Shown one piece after another: positions 45,478 to 59,490 of a stretch of 64,000 bases of DNA. The notes under the pieces were generated by a model, which saw nothing but the letters and a program-made list of their open reading frames with translations, was not told the DNA's origin and did not search any database. The stretch lies in NCBI RefSeq assembly GCF_009914755.1, contig NC_060930.1; one strand, given 5' to 3'. A program made the position numbers and the translations under genes. Source of the stretch: the human T2T-CHM13v2.0 reference genome, Homo sapiens. The first letter of the stretch is position 1; each line of letters begins with the position of its first letter.

Positions 45478-47628
45478 ATTGTTGTCATTGTTTTGGGGTG
45501 CCACAAGCCCCATAAATGTTGTATGTGTTCTGACTGCTCCACTGACCAGCCATTCTCCAATTTCTCTTCCTCTCCTTGGACCCCTCTATTTCCTGAGACC
45601 CAATAATATTGAAATCAGGCCAATTATTAATAATAACCCTACAATGGCCTCTAATTATTCAAGTGAAAGAAAGAGTCTTATATCTCTCACTTGAAATCAA
45701 AAGCTAGAAATAATCAAGCTTAGTGAGGAAGGCATGTCGAAAGCCAAGACAGGCCAAAAGCTAGGCCTTTTGCACAAAATGGTTAGGTAGGTTGTGAATG
45801 CCAAGGAAAGCTCTGAAAGGAAATTAAAAATGCTACTCCAATGAACACATGAACGATAAGAAAACAAACCCACCGTATTGCTTATATGGAGAAAGTCTGA
45901 GTGGTCTGGACAGAAGATTAAACCAGCCACAACATTCCCTTCCTTAAGTTAAAACCTAATCCAGAGCAAGGTTCCAACTCTCTTCAGTTCTATGAAAGCT
46001 AAAACAGGTGAGAAAGCTGGAAAAGTTTGATGCTAGCAGAGGTTGGTTCATGGAATTTAAAGTAAGGAGTCATCTCCATAACAGCAAAGTGCAAGGTGAA
46101 GCAGCAAGTGCTGATGTAAAAGCTGCAGCAGCTTATCCAGAAGATCTAGCTACGATAACTGATGAAGGTGGCTATGCTAAACAGCAGATTGTCAACAGAC
46201 AAAATAGACTTTTATTGGAAGAAGATGACACCTAGGACTTTCATAGCTAGAGAGAGGAAGTCCATGCCTGGCTTCAAACCTTCAAAGGACAGTCTGATTC
46301 TCTTGTTAGGGACTAATACAACTGGTGACTTTTAAGCTGAAGCCAATGCCTCATTTACTACTCTGAAAATCTTTGGAGGCATCCTGAAAATCCATAGAAT
46401 TATGCTAAATTTACTCTGCCTGTGCTGTATAAATGTAACAACAAAGCCTGGGTGAAAGCATATCTGTTTGTGGCATAGTTTACTGAATACTTTAAGCCTA
46501 CTGTTCAGACCTACTGCTCAGAAAAAAAAAACAAATTCCTTTCCAAATAATATTGCTCCTTGACAATGCACCTGGTCACCCAAGAGCTCTCATGGAGATG
46601 AACAAGGAGAACAACGTTGTTTCATTGTTGTGAACGCAACACTGATTCTGCAGCCTATGGAATAAGGAGTCATTTCAACTTTCAAGTCTTATTATTTAAG
46701 AAATACAATTTGTAAGGCTATAGCTGCCATAGATAATGATTCCTTCAACGGATCTAGGTCAACTGAAAACCTCTGGAAAGGGTTAACCATTCCAGATGCC
46801 ATTAAGAATGTTCATAATTAATGTGAGGAGGTCAAAATATCAAACATTAGCAAGAATTTTGAAGAAGTGGATTCCAACCCTCATGGATGACTCTGACAGG
46901 TTCAAGATTTCTGTGAAGGAAATAGCTACAGATGTGGTAGAAATAGCAAGAGAACTAGAATTAGAAGTGAAGCCTGAAGATACGATTGAATTACTGCAAT
47001 CTCGTGATCCAACTTAAACAGATGAGGAGTTACTTCCTATGGATGAGCAAAGGAAGTGGTTTCTTGAGAAGAAACCTACTTCTGGTGAAGATGCTGTGAA
47101 CATTTTTGAAATGACAAGAAAGGACATAGAATGTTATGTACACTGAGTTGATAAAGCAGCAGCAATGTTTGAGAGGATTGATTCCAATTTTTTAAGTAAT
47201 TCTACTATGGGTGAAATGCTGTCAAACAGCAACGCATGCTGCAGAGAAATCTTTCCAGGAAGAAAGAGTCAATCGATGTAGCAAACTTCATTGTTATCTT
47301 ATTTTAATTAAGATAATGCCACAGCCATCTTAACCTTCAGCAACCACCACCTGATAAGTCAGCAGCCATTACCATAGAGGCAAGACTCTCCACCATCAAA
47401 AAGATTACAACTCACTGAAGGCTGATGATCATCAGCAATAAAGTATTTTTAATTAAGGTATGTACATTGTGCTTTAAGACATAATGCTAGTGCACATTTA
47501 ATAGACTACATACTGTATAAACATAATTTTTATATGCACTAGGAAAGCAAAAAAAAAATCATGTAACTAGCTTTACTGCAGAATGCAGTGGACTGGAACA
47601 GAATCCACAATATCTTTGAGGTATTGCT
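45478..47628 (+). mobile_element. Tigger1 DNA transposon, left end missing, with decayed transposase
   Basis: ORF remnant [33 protein letters not shown] is Tigger1 transposase; right TIR caatatctttgaggtat. Confidence 0.92.
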
Positions 47629-48217
47629 ATCATATGTTTCCAACAATCACATTTCAACATATCTTGATAGAAAAATCACAATATTCATATACTTTTTGTA
47701 TTATGTAGCTAAAAAGCAATGGGCTATTTAAAAATATAGAATACCCATTTCTTTATAGCTGCACAAGTAATAATACGAGTTAGTCAGAGCTGGCAGCCAC
47801 TGACAGAGCACTTAGCTGGTGCCAAGCACTATTCCAAGCACTTTACTGATTCCCTAAAACCCTATAATGTACTGTACTATTATTATCCCCATTTCACACA
47901 CGAGAAAACCACCTTCTAGGGTCACATGACCTGTACCCAAGCTGTCCAACCTCCTGCAAAAATTTCCTCTCAAAATTCTAGGCCTTCTTACCATGTTCCT
48001 TGAAACTCTTGTTGCATTATAAACATATTTCCATGCCTAACTTCTTCACAACAGAATGTCTCTCTAACTTTTCATTTAACAATGAAGACTAGCCTGACCA
48101 TTTCTACCTCTGCTATCTTCCTCTTAAGGGAAGTTCCTCTTTTCCCACACCCACATATCAGTCTGGAAATGCCCTGGGTCACAAGGCTCACCCACTCATT
48201 CAAAAGTCCCTTCTCTA

Positions 48218-48858
<641 letters not shown>

Positions 48859-49054
48859 AAGGACTCCATTCTTAATGCTGCCAAATGCCCTCCTACAATC
48901 TTTGTGGGACAAATGAAATGTACAGAAAGCACCTCTGGAAAATTCGCACACATACAACCTTTTGTGAACAATTTGATCCATGGCCTCCCTGGAGCTCTTC
49001 TGAAGCTCTTCCATTTACAGCCTGCACACAACCCAATCTCCCATCCCTGCCTGG

Positions 49055-49290
49055 CAGTCTCTCAAACTATGGTCCACAGGCCACCCATATCAGAATTACC
49101 TAGAATGCCTGTTTCAAACCATTCTAAATTTAAACCATTCTAGAGGCTTGTGGAATAAGGAGTCATTTCAACTTTCTCCACTGGAATTAACTTTAGAATG
49201 GACTCCCCAAGGATGAAGCCCAGGAATCCCCATTTTAAATACTCTCCCCAGGTGACTCTTATGGCTCATTAACATTTAGTGCCCATCTCT
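49055..49290. mobile_element. MER5A-like hAT MITE with a rearranged centre
   Basis: cagtctctcaaact...atcagaattacc...cccaggaatc...cattttaa...cccaggtgactct. Confidence 0.65.
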
Positions 49291-49869
49291 AAGGACACAT
49301 GACCCTGATTGAGAACTTGTGTTCTAAAATACTCATTTCTATTCATTTCTGCCTCATCCCTTGGCCTCATTCTAGAAGATTTTAACATCAATACAATAAT
49401 CCACCTCACCTATGTATTAGCTTCATTGGGGGTAGGGGGGTGGTGGTATATTAGTGACCAGCTCCTCCTGTCCATGATAGCAACCCACTCCTGTTATTGT
49501 CACATCCTAGATCCAGAACAGCTCCACTCATCAACACTCCTAACACCAAGAGTGTACTCTGCCCAACCTATCCATCTTTCTCTCCACCAAATCTGCTCTT
49601 GGGCCACAGCCAGACCCAATCCCATGACTTCCGCTTCCTCCCAACTAGCAAAGCCCGCCTCCAGCTTCAGTTCCAGAGGCGCCCAGCACAGATGACAGTC
49701 TGTCTCATGTCCTCTGAGACTGACTCCCCACGGACTTCAGAAATACCAACCCTGTACCTTCCTTCTCTGAGATGGCCACTGCAGGACTTGGGATGCCAGA
49801 GCTAGTCTAGCAGGCTGTTACCCTTAGACTCCTTTTCCATCTCCAGTTCAGGTTGGCCTAGTGATAACA

Positions 49870-50070
49870 GCCATTATTATAACTAATATTTACAAAGCAC
49901 TAACTGAATTAGGTAACAATTAATTCATTTAATCCTTATAACAACTCTATGATAGGGGTACATCATTATCCCATCATAAATCAGTGACATTGAGGCCAAG
50001 AGAGATAAAATAATTTGCCTAAGGTCTCAAAGGTAGTGTGTGACCGAGCTGAGATTTGAAGCCCTCCAGC
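49870..50070 (-). mobile_element. MIR
   Basis: tcatttaatcctt...attatccccat...tgaggcc...ttgcctaaggtc. Confidence 0.75.
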
Positions 50071-50459
50071 CCCTTTCCACAGCCTGAGCTCATGCTCCTT
50101 TCCTTCTGCTCTAGTAATGGAGGAGAAGAGCAGGAAAAGAAAAGAGCAACCCAGTCATTTGCCTCTTGGAGAAAACTAGCTCAGGGCTCCTATTTTGCTG
50201 GAAAACTTTGCCCTGTGCTCCACTCCTTCATCTTTATATTTGGGATTCATGTTTTACCTTCTCCTGAGTTTTTTATAACTCATCTCCAAAAGATGGCAAC
50301 AGACAGTGGTTTTTAAAAAAAGTTTTGGAAAGCTTATTTATCAGTTTTATGTTGAAACCTTTGTCTTTTATCAGCCGGGACTTCTAAAGAGTAGCATGTA
50401 AAGTAATATGGAAAACTTCGAGACTGGAATGAATACTGTGGCAAACTTTTCAAACTCAC

Positions 50460-50592
50460 CTCTTATTTTTCTTGTAATTCTCCAGTTGCTGGGACTGCAT
50501 ATGTTTGCATCTTTCTAATTCACACTGCCCACATAAGTCTTCCAGATGCAGCAGGTTGTTCTCTACCTCCTCAAAACTCGCCTCTAAATGAG
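50460..50592 (-). CDS. DTNBP1: DTNBP1 exon 6 (133 nt): (T)[43 protein letters not shown](R)
   Basis: tttcag|CTCATTTAG...AATAAGAG|gtgagt; phase 1 in and phase 2 out; continues exon 5 in frame. Confidence 0.98.
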
Positions 50593-52273
50593 CTGAAAGT
50601 ATATAAAAATAAACAGACCTCAAAAGTCAGAATCCTCAATCATGATGAATACAAAAAGTATCAAAAAGGTAAAAGTTCACATTGTTGAGATTGTTTTGCA
50701 TTTTTAATGTTTTTTATTAAACTTTCTTGAAGCAAAATAAAATATACTGGCCAACATTAAACCATAATTCAAATTACTTTTTTGACTACATTTCAAGCAT
50801 TTTCAAGAAATAACTTTCCTAAACACTTATTAACCAGGAAGACAAAGAAATGGAGAAACATTATCTTGATTAACGTAATGCTATATCCTAATGATCCCAT
50901 ATACCACATGTGAATAACCAATTTTCACATAAGAATATGGTAAAATATAATTAACACAAATTATACCTACCTTAACCTAATTACACCTATACTTAACTAA
51001 CTTAATATCTGTGTTTCTAAATTACGTTAGCATTTGTTTTGCCTCTGGCACATCACATACACAAATCTTCAAGGCACAGTAGATATGCACAAATACTTGG
51101 TAAGCATGAGTTACCAGGCTACTCAGTGGTTGGGTGAGGAACAGACTTTGCTCTGCCTGTCAGGTGACTAGTCTTTCACTACTCCACTCTGCTGCTAGGC
51201 CACAGAGCCTTGCAGCTGTATTGGAACATGAAGATCACCCACTCAAACCTTTCACTGAGAAGATTCAAGACTAAAGCCTAGAAAAACAAATACAGTGCCT
51301 TGCCCAGGCAAGCTAGTGAAGGGCCACACGGCCAGTGAAGGGCAGTCAGGAATCCAAACTGAATCCCTCTCACATTACACTAATTTCCAATTGACAGGGT
51401 GCTAAGTAAACTGAGATTGTAGGGGCAAGGATTAGTTGTTTTCTTATACGAAAGAAAAGCTTTCGAGGTCAAAGATTTGAGAACTCAGAGCCTCATAACT
51501 AGTTATCTATTATTCACTGACATATGCCAGTCACTGTGCCAGTCACTGTGATACAAAGATGAAAAAGACAGTCCTGGAGCTCAAGGAGCTTACAGGAGAG
51601 GGGAGGTATATTTCAATGGCAACAGAGCATGACAGAGTAAGGCATGAGGTGCCGAAGGAACTCAAAGGAGTGGCATCTAACACAGATGAGGGAAAGCTCA
51701 GCCAGAAATGACTCCCAAGTCAGGAAGTAACAGCGATCCAGTGGGGAAGGGAGCAGTGAAGAACAAGTTGGCTGTGCAGCCTTCCAGTCTTGGGTTCACT
51801 TAAACGGCTACAATATAATTCCTTCATTTACGTACTAGCTTTTTACATGACTTTCTAAACTAGCTTTCATAGCATTTAGGTTTGAGGCAAACTCCTCAAA
51901 TTTCAACTTACAATTATAGGTTTATTGTAATGCAAATTTTTGCCGTTTTTTGAAGTCCTAGAGAGAGCAATTAGGCACAAGAAAGAAATAAAGACATCCA
52001 AATAGGAAAGGAGGAAGTCAAAATGCCTCTGTTTGCAGATGACATGATCTTATGTATAGAAAACTCTAAAAGCGCCACCAAAAAAACTTTCAGAACTTGA
52101 TAAATAAATTCAGTAAAGTTGCAGGATACAAAATCAATACACAAAAATCAGTAGCATTTCTATACAACAACAATGAAATTGCAGGGGGGAAGAAATCAAG
52201 AAAGCAGTCCCATTTACAATAGTTACAAAATATTACAATACTTAAGAATAAATTTAACCAAGGGAAGGAAAGA

Positions 52274-52355
52274 GCCAGGTGTGGTGGCTCACACCTGTAA
52301 TCTCAGCACTTCGGGAGGCTGAGGCAGGAGGATTGCTTGAGCCTAGGAGTTTCAG
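52274..52355 (+). mobile_element. Tailless Alu 5' fragment inside L1
   Basis: First ~80 nt of Alu, flanked by 17-bp direct repeats (14/17 identical). Confidence 0.8.
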
Positions 52356-53531
52356 ATCAAGGGGATGAAAGATCTCTACAAGACAAAGTATAAAACACTA
52401 ATGAAAGAAGTTGAAGAAGACACAAAAATGAAAAGACATCCCCATGTTCATGCATTAGAAGAATATTGTGAAAATGATCATGCTGCCAAAAGTGATCTAC
52501 AGATTAAATGCAATCCCTATCAAAACACCAATGACATTCCTCACAGAAATAGAAAAAAAAAATTCTAAAACTCATATGGAATCACACAAGACCCTGAATA
52601 GCCAGAGCAATCCTGAGTTAAAATAACAAAGCTGGAATCATCAGATTGTCTGACTTCAAAATATACTACAAAAAGCTATAGTAACCAAAACAGCATGATG
52701 CTAGCATAAAAACAGACATGCTGGAACAGAACAGAGAACCCAGAAAACCCACAAATAAATCCACATATTTATAGCCAACCAGTTTTTGACAAAGGCACCG
52801 AGAACATTCATTGGGAAATACATGGTCTCATCAATAAACGATGCTGGGATAAGCGAATATCCATATGCAGAAGAATGAAACTAGACCCCTAACTTTCACC
52901 CTATACAAAAATCAACTCATAATGGACTAAAGACTTAAATGTAAGAGCTGAAACCATGAAACTACTAGAAGAAAACATATGGGAAACATTTCAGAACATT
53001 GGTTTGGACAAAGATTTTATGGAGAAGACCTCAAGACACAAGCGACAAAAGCAAAAATAGACAAACTAGATTGTATCAAACTAAAAAGCTTCTGCCTGGA
53101 GAAAAAAAAACATCAAGACTGAAAAGACAACCAGCAAAATGGGAGAAAATACCTACAAACTACTCATCCCACAAGGGATTAATATCCTTTCCTTTGAATA
53201 TATCCCTAGTACTGGGACTGCTGGCCATATGGTGTTCTATTTTCGTTTTGTTTTGTTTCAGAGGAACCTCCATACTATTTTTCATAATGGCCCTATAATT
53301 AAAATTCCCAAGAAATTCTTACACAAGGAACCCAAACAATGCAACAGCAAAAAATAAAAATTAAAAAAAACCTATTAAAAATGGGCAAATGAACTGAATA
53401 GACATCTCTCAAAAGAAGGTACATGAATGGCCAACAGGTATATGGAAAAATGTTCAACATCACTAATTATAAAGGAAATACAAATCGAAACCACAATGAG
53501 ATATCATCTCACCCTCGTTAGAATAGCTATT

Positions 53532-53736
53532 GCCACATGGAAATAACAGGCACTAGGGACTCCAAAAAGGGGGGAAGCGTGGGAAGGGACAAAGATTGAA
53601 AAACTACCTATTGGGTACAACGTTCACTGTTTGGGTATTGGGTACACTACAAGCCCAATCTCCTCCAATATGCAATACAGCCACACAACAAACAAGCACA
53701 TGTACCCCCTTACCCCCTAAAACTAAAAAAAAAAAA
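53532..53736 (+). mobile_element. Short L1P 3'-end insertion inside L1MA
   Basis: Poly-A tail and AGAATAGCTATT TSD (53520-53531 and 53737-53748). Confidence 0.8.
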
Positions 53737-54960
53737 AGAATAGCTATTAGCGAAAAGACCAAAAATAACAAATTCTGTCAAGAACGCGGAGAAACGAGTT
53801 CTCATACGCTGTTGTCGGGAATTTAAATTAGTATAACCACTATGGAAAACAGTATGGAAGTTCCTTAAAAATTCAAAAGTAGAACTACCATATGACCAGC
53901 AGTCCCACTACTATCGGGAATACAGCCAAGGGAAAGGAAATCAGTATGCTGAAGCATTATCTGCACTCCCATGTTCATTGCAGCTCTATACACAATAGCC
54001 GAGATATGAATTCAACCTAAGCATCCATCAATAGATGAATGGATAAAGAAAATGTGTTATATATAAACGATGGAATACTATTCAGCTGTAAAAAAGATTT
54101 AAGTACTATCATTCGCAGCAACATGGATAAGCCTCGAGGACATTATGTTAAGTGAAATAAGCCAGGCACAGAAAGATAAATACTGTATGTTTTCACCCAC
54201 ATGTGGAAGCTAAAAACGTTGATCCCAGGGAAGTAGAGGGTAGAACAGTGTTTACTAGAGGCTGCTGGGGAGGTGGGCAGTAGCCAAAGGTTGGTTAACA
54301 GATACAAAATTACAGCTAGATAGGAAGAATAAGTTCTAGTATTCTATAGCACTGTAGGGAGAGTATAACAATTTACTGTACATGTTCAAATAGCAAAAGA
54401 GTGGATTTTGAATGTTCCCAAAACAAAAAAATGATGTTTGAGGAGATGGATATGCTGACTACCTTGATTTATTACACACTGTGTACATGTATCAAAAATC
54501 ACACTGTGCCCTATAAATATACACAATTATGTGTCAATTAAAAATAATAATAAAAGCAAAAAATATACGTAAATACTTAAAAATTTTTTAAAAGAAAAGA
54601 AACTGGGAGAAAATCATTGCAGAACATACATGATAAAGGACTGTTATCCAAAATATTACAAAGTACTCAATTTGCAACTGAGGGACAGTCTACAAAATAT
54701 CTGATCACCATGTCTCAAAAAATTGTCATGGTCATCAAAAACAAAAAATGTTTGAGAAACTGTCAGAGCCAGGAGGAGCCTAAGAAGACAAGATGACTAA
54801 ATTTAATGTGGTCTCCTGAATGAGACCTTGGAACTGAAAATAATATTAAGTAAAAAAAAATTAATAAAGTATGAATTTTTATTAATGAAGATTTTATTTT
54901 TAATTAATCTTTGTTTGATCCAAACAGCTATTAGATAATCCAGAAGTGTTGACATTTTCT

Positions 54961-55110
54961 CTTTTTATCCTCCTCTCAAGCATTTATCCTTTGAGTTAGA
55001 AACAATCCAATTACATTCTTTAAGTTATTTTAAAATATACAATTAAGTTATTATTGGCAATAGTTACCCTACTGTGCTATAAAATAGTAGGTCTTATTCC
55101 TTTTTTTTTT
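54961..55110 (-). mobile_element. L1MA 3'UTR fragment
   Basis: caagcatttatcctttg...acaatccaatta motif; TTGACA(T/C)TTTCT direct repeats. Confidence 0.7.
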
Positions 55111-55554
55111 TTGACACTTTCTAATATCCTAAATTTTAACTCTATTAAATATTTGTGCTTATAAAAACTCCCTCTCCTCTCTGCTAGGGTGTAAGGCTTA
55201 AAAACATGAATTTGGTCGGGGGGGAATAACATTTTATTCAAAAGTGAAAATTTGATGACAAGCAGTTTAGCAGTTTTCTTCAGACATTTTAGGTACTGAC
55301 TTTTATCATATTAATATATCACGGTAAATCTGGAAAAGGCTAATAATAATGTAGTTCATGGTGCTTTTGAATCTAGCTTCAGGGACCACATCAAACAGCT
55401 ACTATATGTGATTATGGAACGCTTAAATGAAACAATTTGTAAAATCTAAATTTTAGCCAATAACTGTATTTAAGATTTTAAAGAATGTCATAAATGGTAC
55501 ATAAGGAGTTTATATGGGGGAATCAGGCAAAATGATGTACTGCCATTTATATAT

Positions 55555-55680
55555 ATATTTTTTTGTAGAGACGAGACCTCACTATGACCTGGCTGGTCTT
55601 GAACTCCTGGGCTTGAGCGATCTTCCTGCGTTGGCCTCCCAAAGTGCTGGAATTACAGGTGTGAGCCACCCCACCCAGCC
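55555..55680 (-). mobile_element. FLAM/Alu left monomer
   Basis: Antisense left arm only. Confidence 0.8.
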
Positions 55681-58594
55681 TACATTGTTTTTTGTTTTAT
55701 TAAATGAAAAACTGACTAGGAGATTCAGCTTGGGAGCTAGTACTCCTAGTACTAAAGAAGCAATATTCAGCTCATTCTGTTATAACTAGTCTGACATGGT
55801 CTTAAAATGTATAAAAGACTATCATAGCTAATAGGATTATTTAAAAGGCTGTTTCATTTTGATTAGTGATAAAAACTAGAATAGTTAAATTTAATATAGA
55901 CTCCATTTAACTCTAAGCTACTTGGTGCATTCAGTATCGTGCATGTATGCTTAGCATATGGGGGACGGGTTAAGAGCTAGGCTTTGAAGCACAAGCTTAA
56001 AAACCCAGCTCTGCTCCTGCCAGATGAGATGCAATGTGATACCTCGTCTGTGAAGAGAGAGCTAACAACACATATCTTGCAAAGCTGTTAAAAGGATTAA
56101 ATGAGCCGAAGTACCTAAACTTAATACTTGACAGTAAATAATTAATGTTTGAATATAAAAAATAGAGAAAATTTTTAGATTAGCTAAGTTTTATATTTAA
56201 TAAAAGTGATTGAAAACTAATAATTTCATTGACCAGTAATGATCATGATGTAAACAAGATCTATGGATCTATTAGATCAAAATGTCAACAACATTTTCAT
56301 TTTTATCTTACAAACTTACACACCTATAAGTTATTTTCCAGGCTATAGTCTTAGACTTAAGATCTCCTACAGGTAAAAGGAATTAAATTTCAAATGATTT
56401 TTCTGAAAAGAAACTATGTAATGGAGCCAACAATTATTCTATGCTGGAAAATGTGTATGTTCTTTTTACCTCTTTAATCTTTATCTGGACAGATGGCAAT
56501 TTCCATTTAGATTCTAGCTCTGTTGGTTGACTACAGAGCTAATGAGGCCAGGAACTTAAATGAGGTTGATCTCTAGGCAGGCCAATTAATTTCTCACAGA
56601 CAGAAATTCTGTTCTAGGTACAAATTGTACTTGCTGCCCTAGTCACTCTTTTGTTAATAACGTGGGGACCAGATGAAAACATGTGAGTGGTTTATCAACC
56701 TGGAATTCCTAATGAGAAACAAACTGTACATACTTCTGAATAGGACGGCCTCATGCTCTTGTGCTGAATGACAAATTTAGACTAAAAATGCTTGAAATAG
56801 TCCGTGGTCATTTTACTGCTAACACCAAATTCATATTTATGTTCTCCCCTTTAAAAAGCTTCACAGGCTCCCCAGCCCTTTCAAGTTAAACTCCTTATCA
56901 TTCAGAGAGCTACTGCTCTCTGGCCACAAACTGTTTACTTCACTTCTTTCCTTCACATATTCTACATTACAGCAAAACAAGAGGAGTACTGAGCGTTGGT
57001 GCCTCCTCCTCCTTGCCTCTGCCTGTCCCTAACCCCGGCCTGTCTTTTCAGGCTTAGGCCAGTGGCAGCCCGCCCTCCTCCCACAGGGCTCCCTTCCTCT
57101 TCTGTGCTTCCCCAGACCTTTCAGCCTCACACAGGACTCACATTCTGACTGATACCATCCAACCAGTTGTGTACTCTCATATCTCTCAGGAATCAGTAAG
57201 GGCCTTAAAGGTGCAGACTGTATTTTTGCTTTTTTGCTATCCCCTAATAACCCTGTCTGTTGAATTCAATAAAGAATAATTTCTGGTGATAGAATGATTT
57301 TATTACTCTAACATGTAAAATAACTGAGAAGGCAAAACTATTCATGGTCATCTAGTTTAAATATTAAGAGACTATGCCAAATTTTGTAAAAGAATAAACA
57401 TGAGCAGAGAACTTAGAAAACATTAAACAACATGATGATACTTTTAGTATATTAAACCAGGTCACATTATCAGTGACTTAAAACAGAAGAAATGATGAAA
57501 ATTTTCCATTTTAACACTTAGCAGACTTGAAATCAGTAACAAAATATAAAATAATTGCATTGAAAAAAATAAAGGTTCATCCCCTTATATTAAACTTAAA
57601 AAAGCTCTTCATATAATAATGACAAGTACATACGTAATGTGTATTCCGAATATTTTATGTTGAATTTAAGTTAGCAGAAATTTAATTTCCCTGTCACAGC
57701 CTGCTCATTTCCTGTTGCAAAACAAGTTGCATATATGAGTACATTTGGTAACCAACTTAGGATGCATATACATAAAATACTAGCAGGCCTCCATGGACAC
57801 AAATATACCTTTACAAGAAGCTCAAGCCTCACCATTTTGCTCGCTATAACAACCGCATATGTCTCATTTAGTGATCAGTGAAAGAGATAGGTAGAATTTT
57901 ATTGTGAAAAGCCATTTGGGAATGCCTGACAGCTGTGCAAAAAAGAGCTTCACAAATTTTTGCAAGAAGGCCGTCCCAGAGGAAAAGCAATTCTGTTTGG
58001 AATTTTTCTTTGTGCCATTTGTTTCAAATACATATCATCTGTAGTGTAACCACTGATATATAAAGAATGAAGCAGCACACTAAAATTATTTCCCACTTAA
58101 TGAGTTATTTTCTAACAAAATAATTAGCCTTATGGAACAAAGAACTCTCCTTGGCTGCAAACCCATAGGTCACAGAGGCCAGGTACTGAAAGACCACAAG
58201 ACTGTTCAAATGCTTACGTTACACTTTTATGTACTAAGGTAATAAGGTAATGATGGTATGAATAAGGAAACTTTAAGAAGTACATTAACTTGCAAAAGCC
58301 ATTATGGAACAAATGAGATCTATGTAGTAGCCTAAAAGGTGTCTAAGAGAATTAATGTGCCTCTTGAAAGGTCTAGCCTCAGAAAGGAACCTGGACATCT
58401 GATAATCTAGTCCATGAAAAACTGACAGAGCTATGATAATCTCTTTGTTAGATGCCCTCTAAAATTCTGTACAGAAAAAAGCAAAATAATACTGTATCAG
58501 GCTAGGTCAAACCAAAAGAAAAACACAAACTCAGTATACGGCTGCTATTCTCTTATATCTAAGAATTCTTATCTAAGAGTTAACAGCATCTTCT

Positions 58595-58760
58595 GGCTGG
58601 GTACAGTGGCTCAATCCTGTAATGCCAGAGCTTTGGGAGGCTGAGGCAGGAAGATCGCTTGAGTCCAGGAATAGTCTGAGGCTGCAGTGAGCTATGATCA
58701 CATCACCATGCTACAGCCTGAACAACAGAGTGAGACTCTGTCTCTTAAAAAAATTAAAAT
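58595..58760 (+). mobile_element. Alu monomer (FRAM-like)
   Basis: Single arm with A-tail. Confidence 0.8.
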
Positions 58761-59299
58761 TTTAAAACAAAAACAAAACCCAGAATCTTCTGTTCTAGAT
58801 GAAGGGAACAGTCTTTTAAAAATAGGTCATATAAAATAAACTAAGAGAAAATTCAAAGACAAGGCTTTAACATTTTGAACTTCAATAAAGGAATAGGATT
58901 ATACTACCCTCTAGTGGAAGTTCAAGATAATTCAGTATATACTTTTCAAACATATTTTTCCAGTTTTATGATTAAAAAGCACTGTGGTTTTTCACAGAAT
59001 AAGAAAGTGCATAGAATCTGGATAAAAATATTCCATTGTATGCTTACACACCTTCAATGTACAGAATACTAATATCACCACATTGAATCTTGTGGTTTTG
59101 CATTCTAAACTGTTTTGCAGCACAAGCTAAACTGCCTAACATCCATCCAAACCCTCGTGTCACAGAATAATGGTTTTGTGAATTCGCAAAGGCTAGAGAG
59201 GCCCCCATTAGAACGTCAGCATCTTGATGGCAGGTGCCCAGCCTTGTTCACTGCTGTGTGTCCAGAGTCTGTACGCAGTGCGTGGTGCGTGGCAGATGC

Positions 59300-59490
59300 C
59301 CAGCATGTACCAGGCACTGTGCTAAGTGGTTACGTTTGTCATCTCCTTTAATCCTCCAAATACCTACAAGACAGGTATGCTCATCGTCATTTTGCAGACA
59401 AGAAAACTAAAGCTTGGAGCCATTGAGAAATCTGCACAGTTTTTAAAGTGAGGAAGTTGGATTGGGAGCCAAACCCGATCTGTCAGTTCA
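59300..59490 (-). mobile_element. MIR
   Basis: ccaggcactgtgctaag...tttaatcctc...cattttgcaga. Confidence 0.7.

Larger units (their letters stand above)
51950..54562 (+). mobile_element. L1MA, ~2.6-kb ORF2 3' part and 3'UTR with nested inserts
   Basis: tttgcagatgacatgatc (FADD RT motif) at about 52032; A-rich end. Confidence 0.92.

Noticed and set aside
46008-47017. Transposase-like ORFs as a domesticated TIGD-type gene
   Set aside because: Fragmented by stops and frameshifts; an ordinary decayed Tigger1
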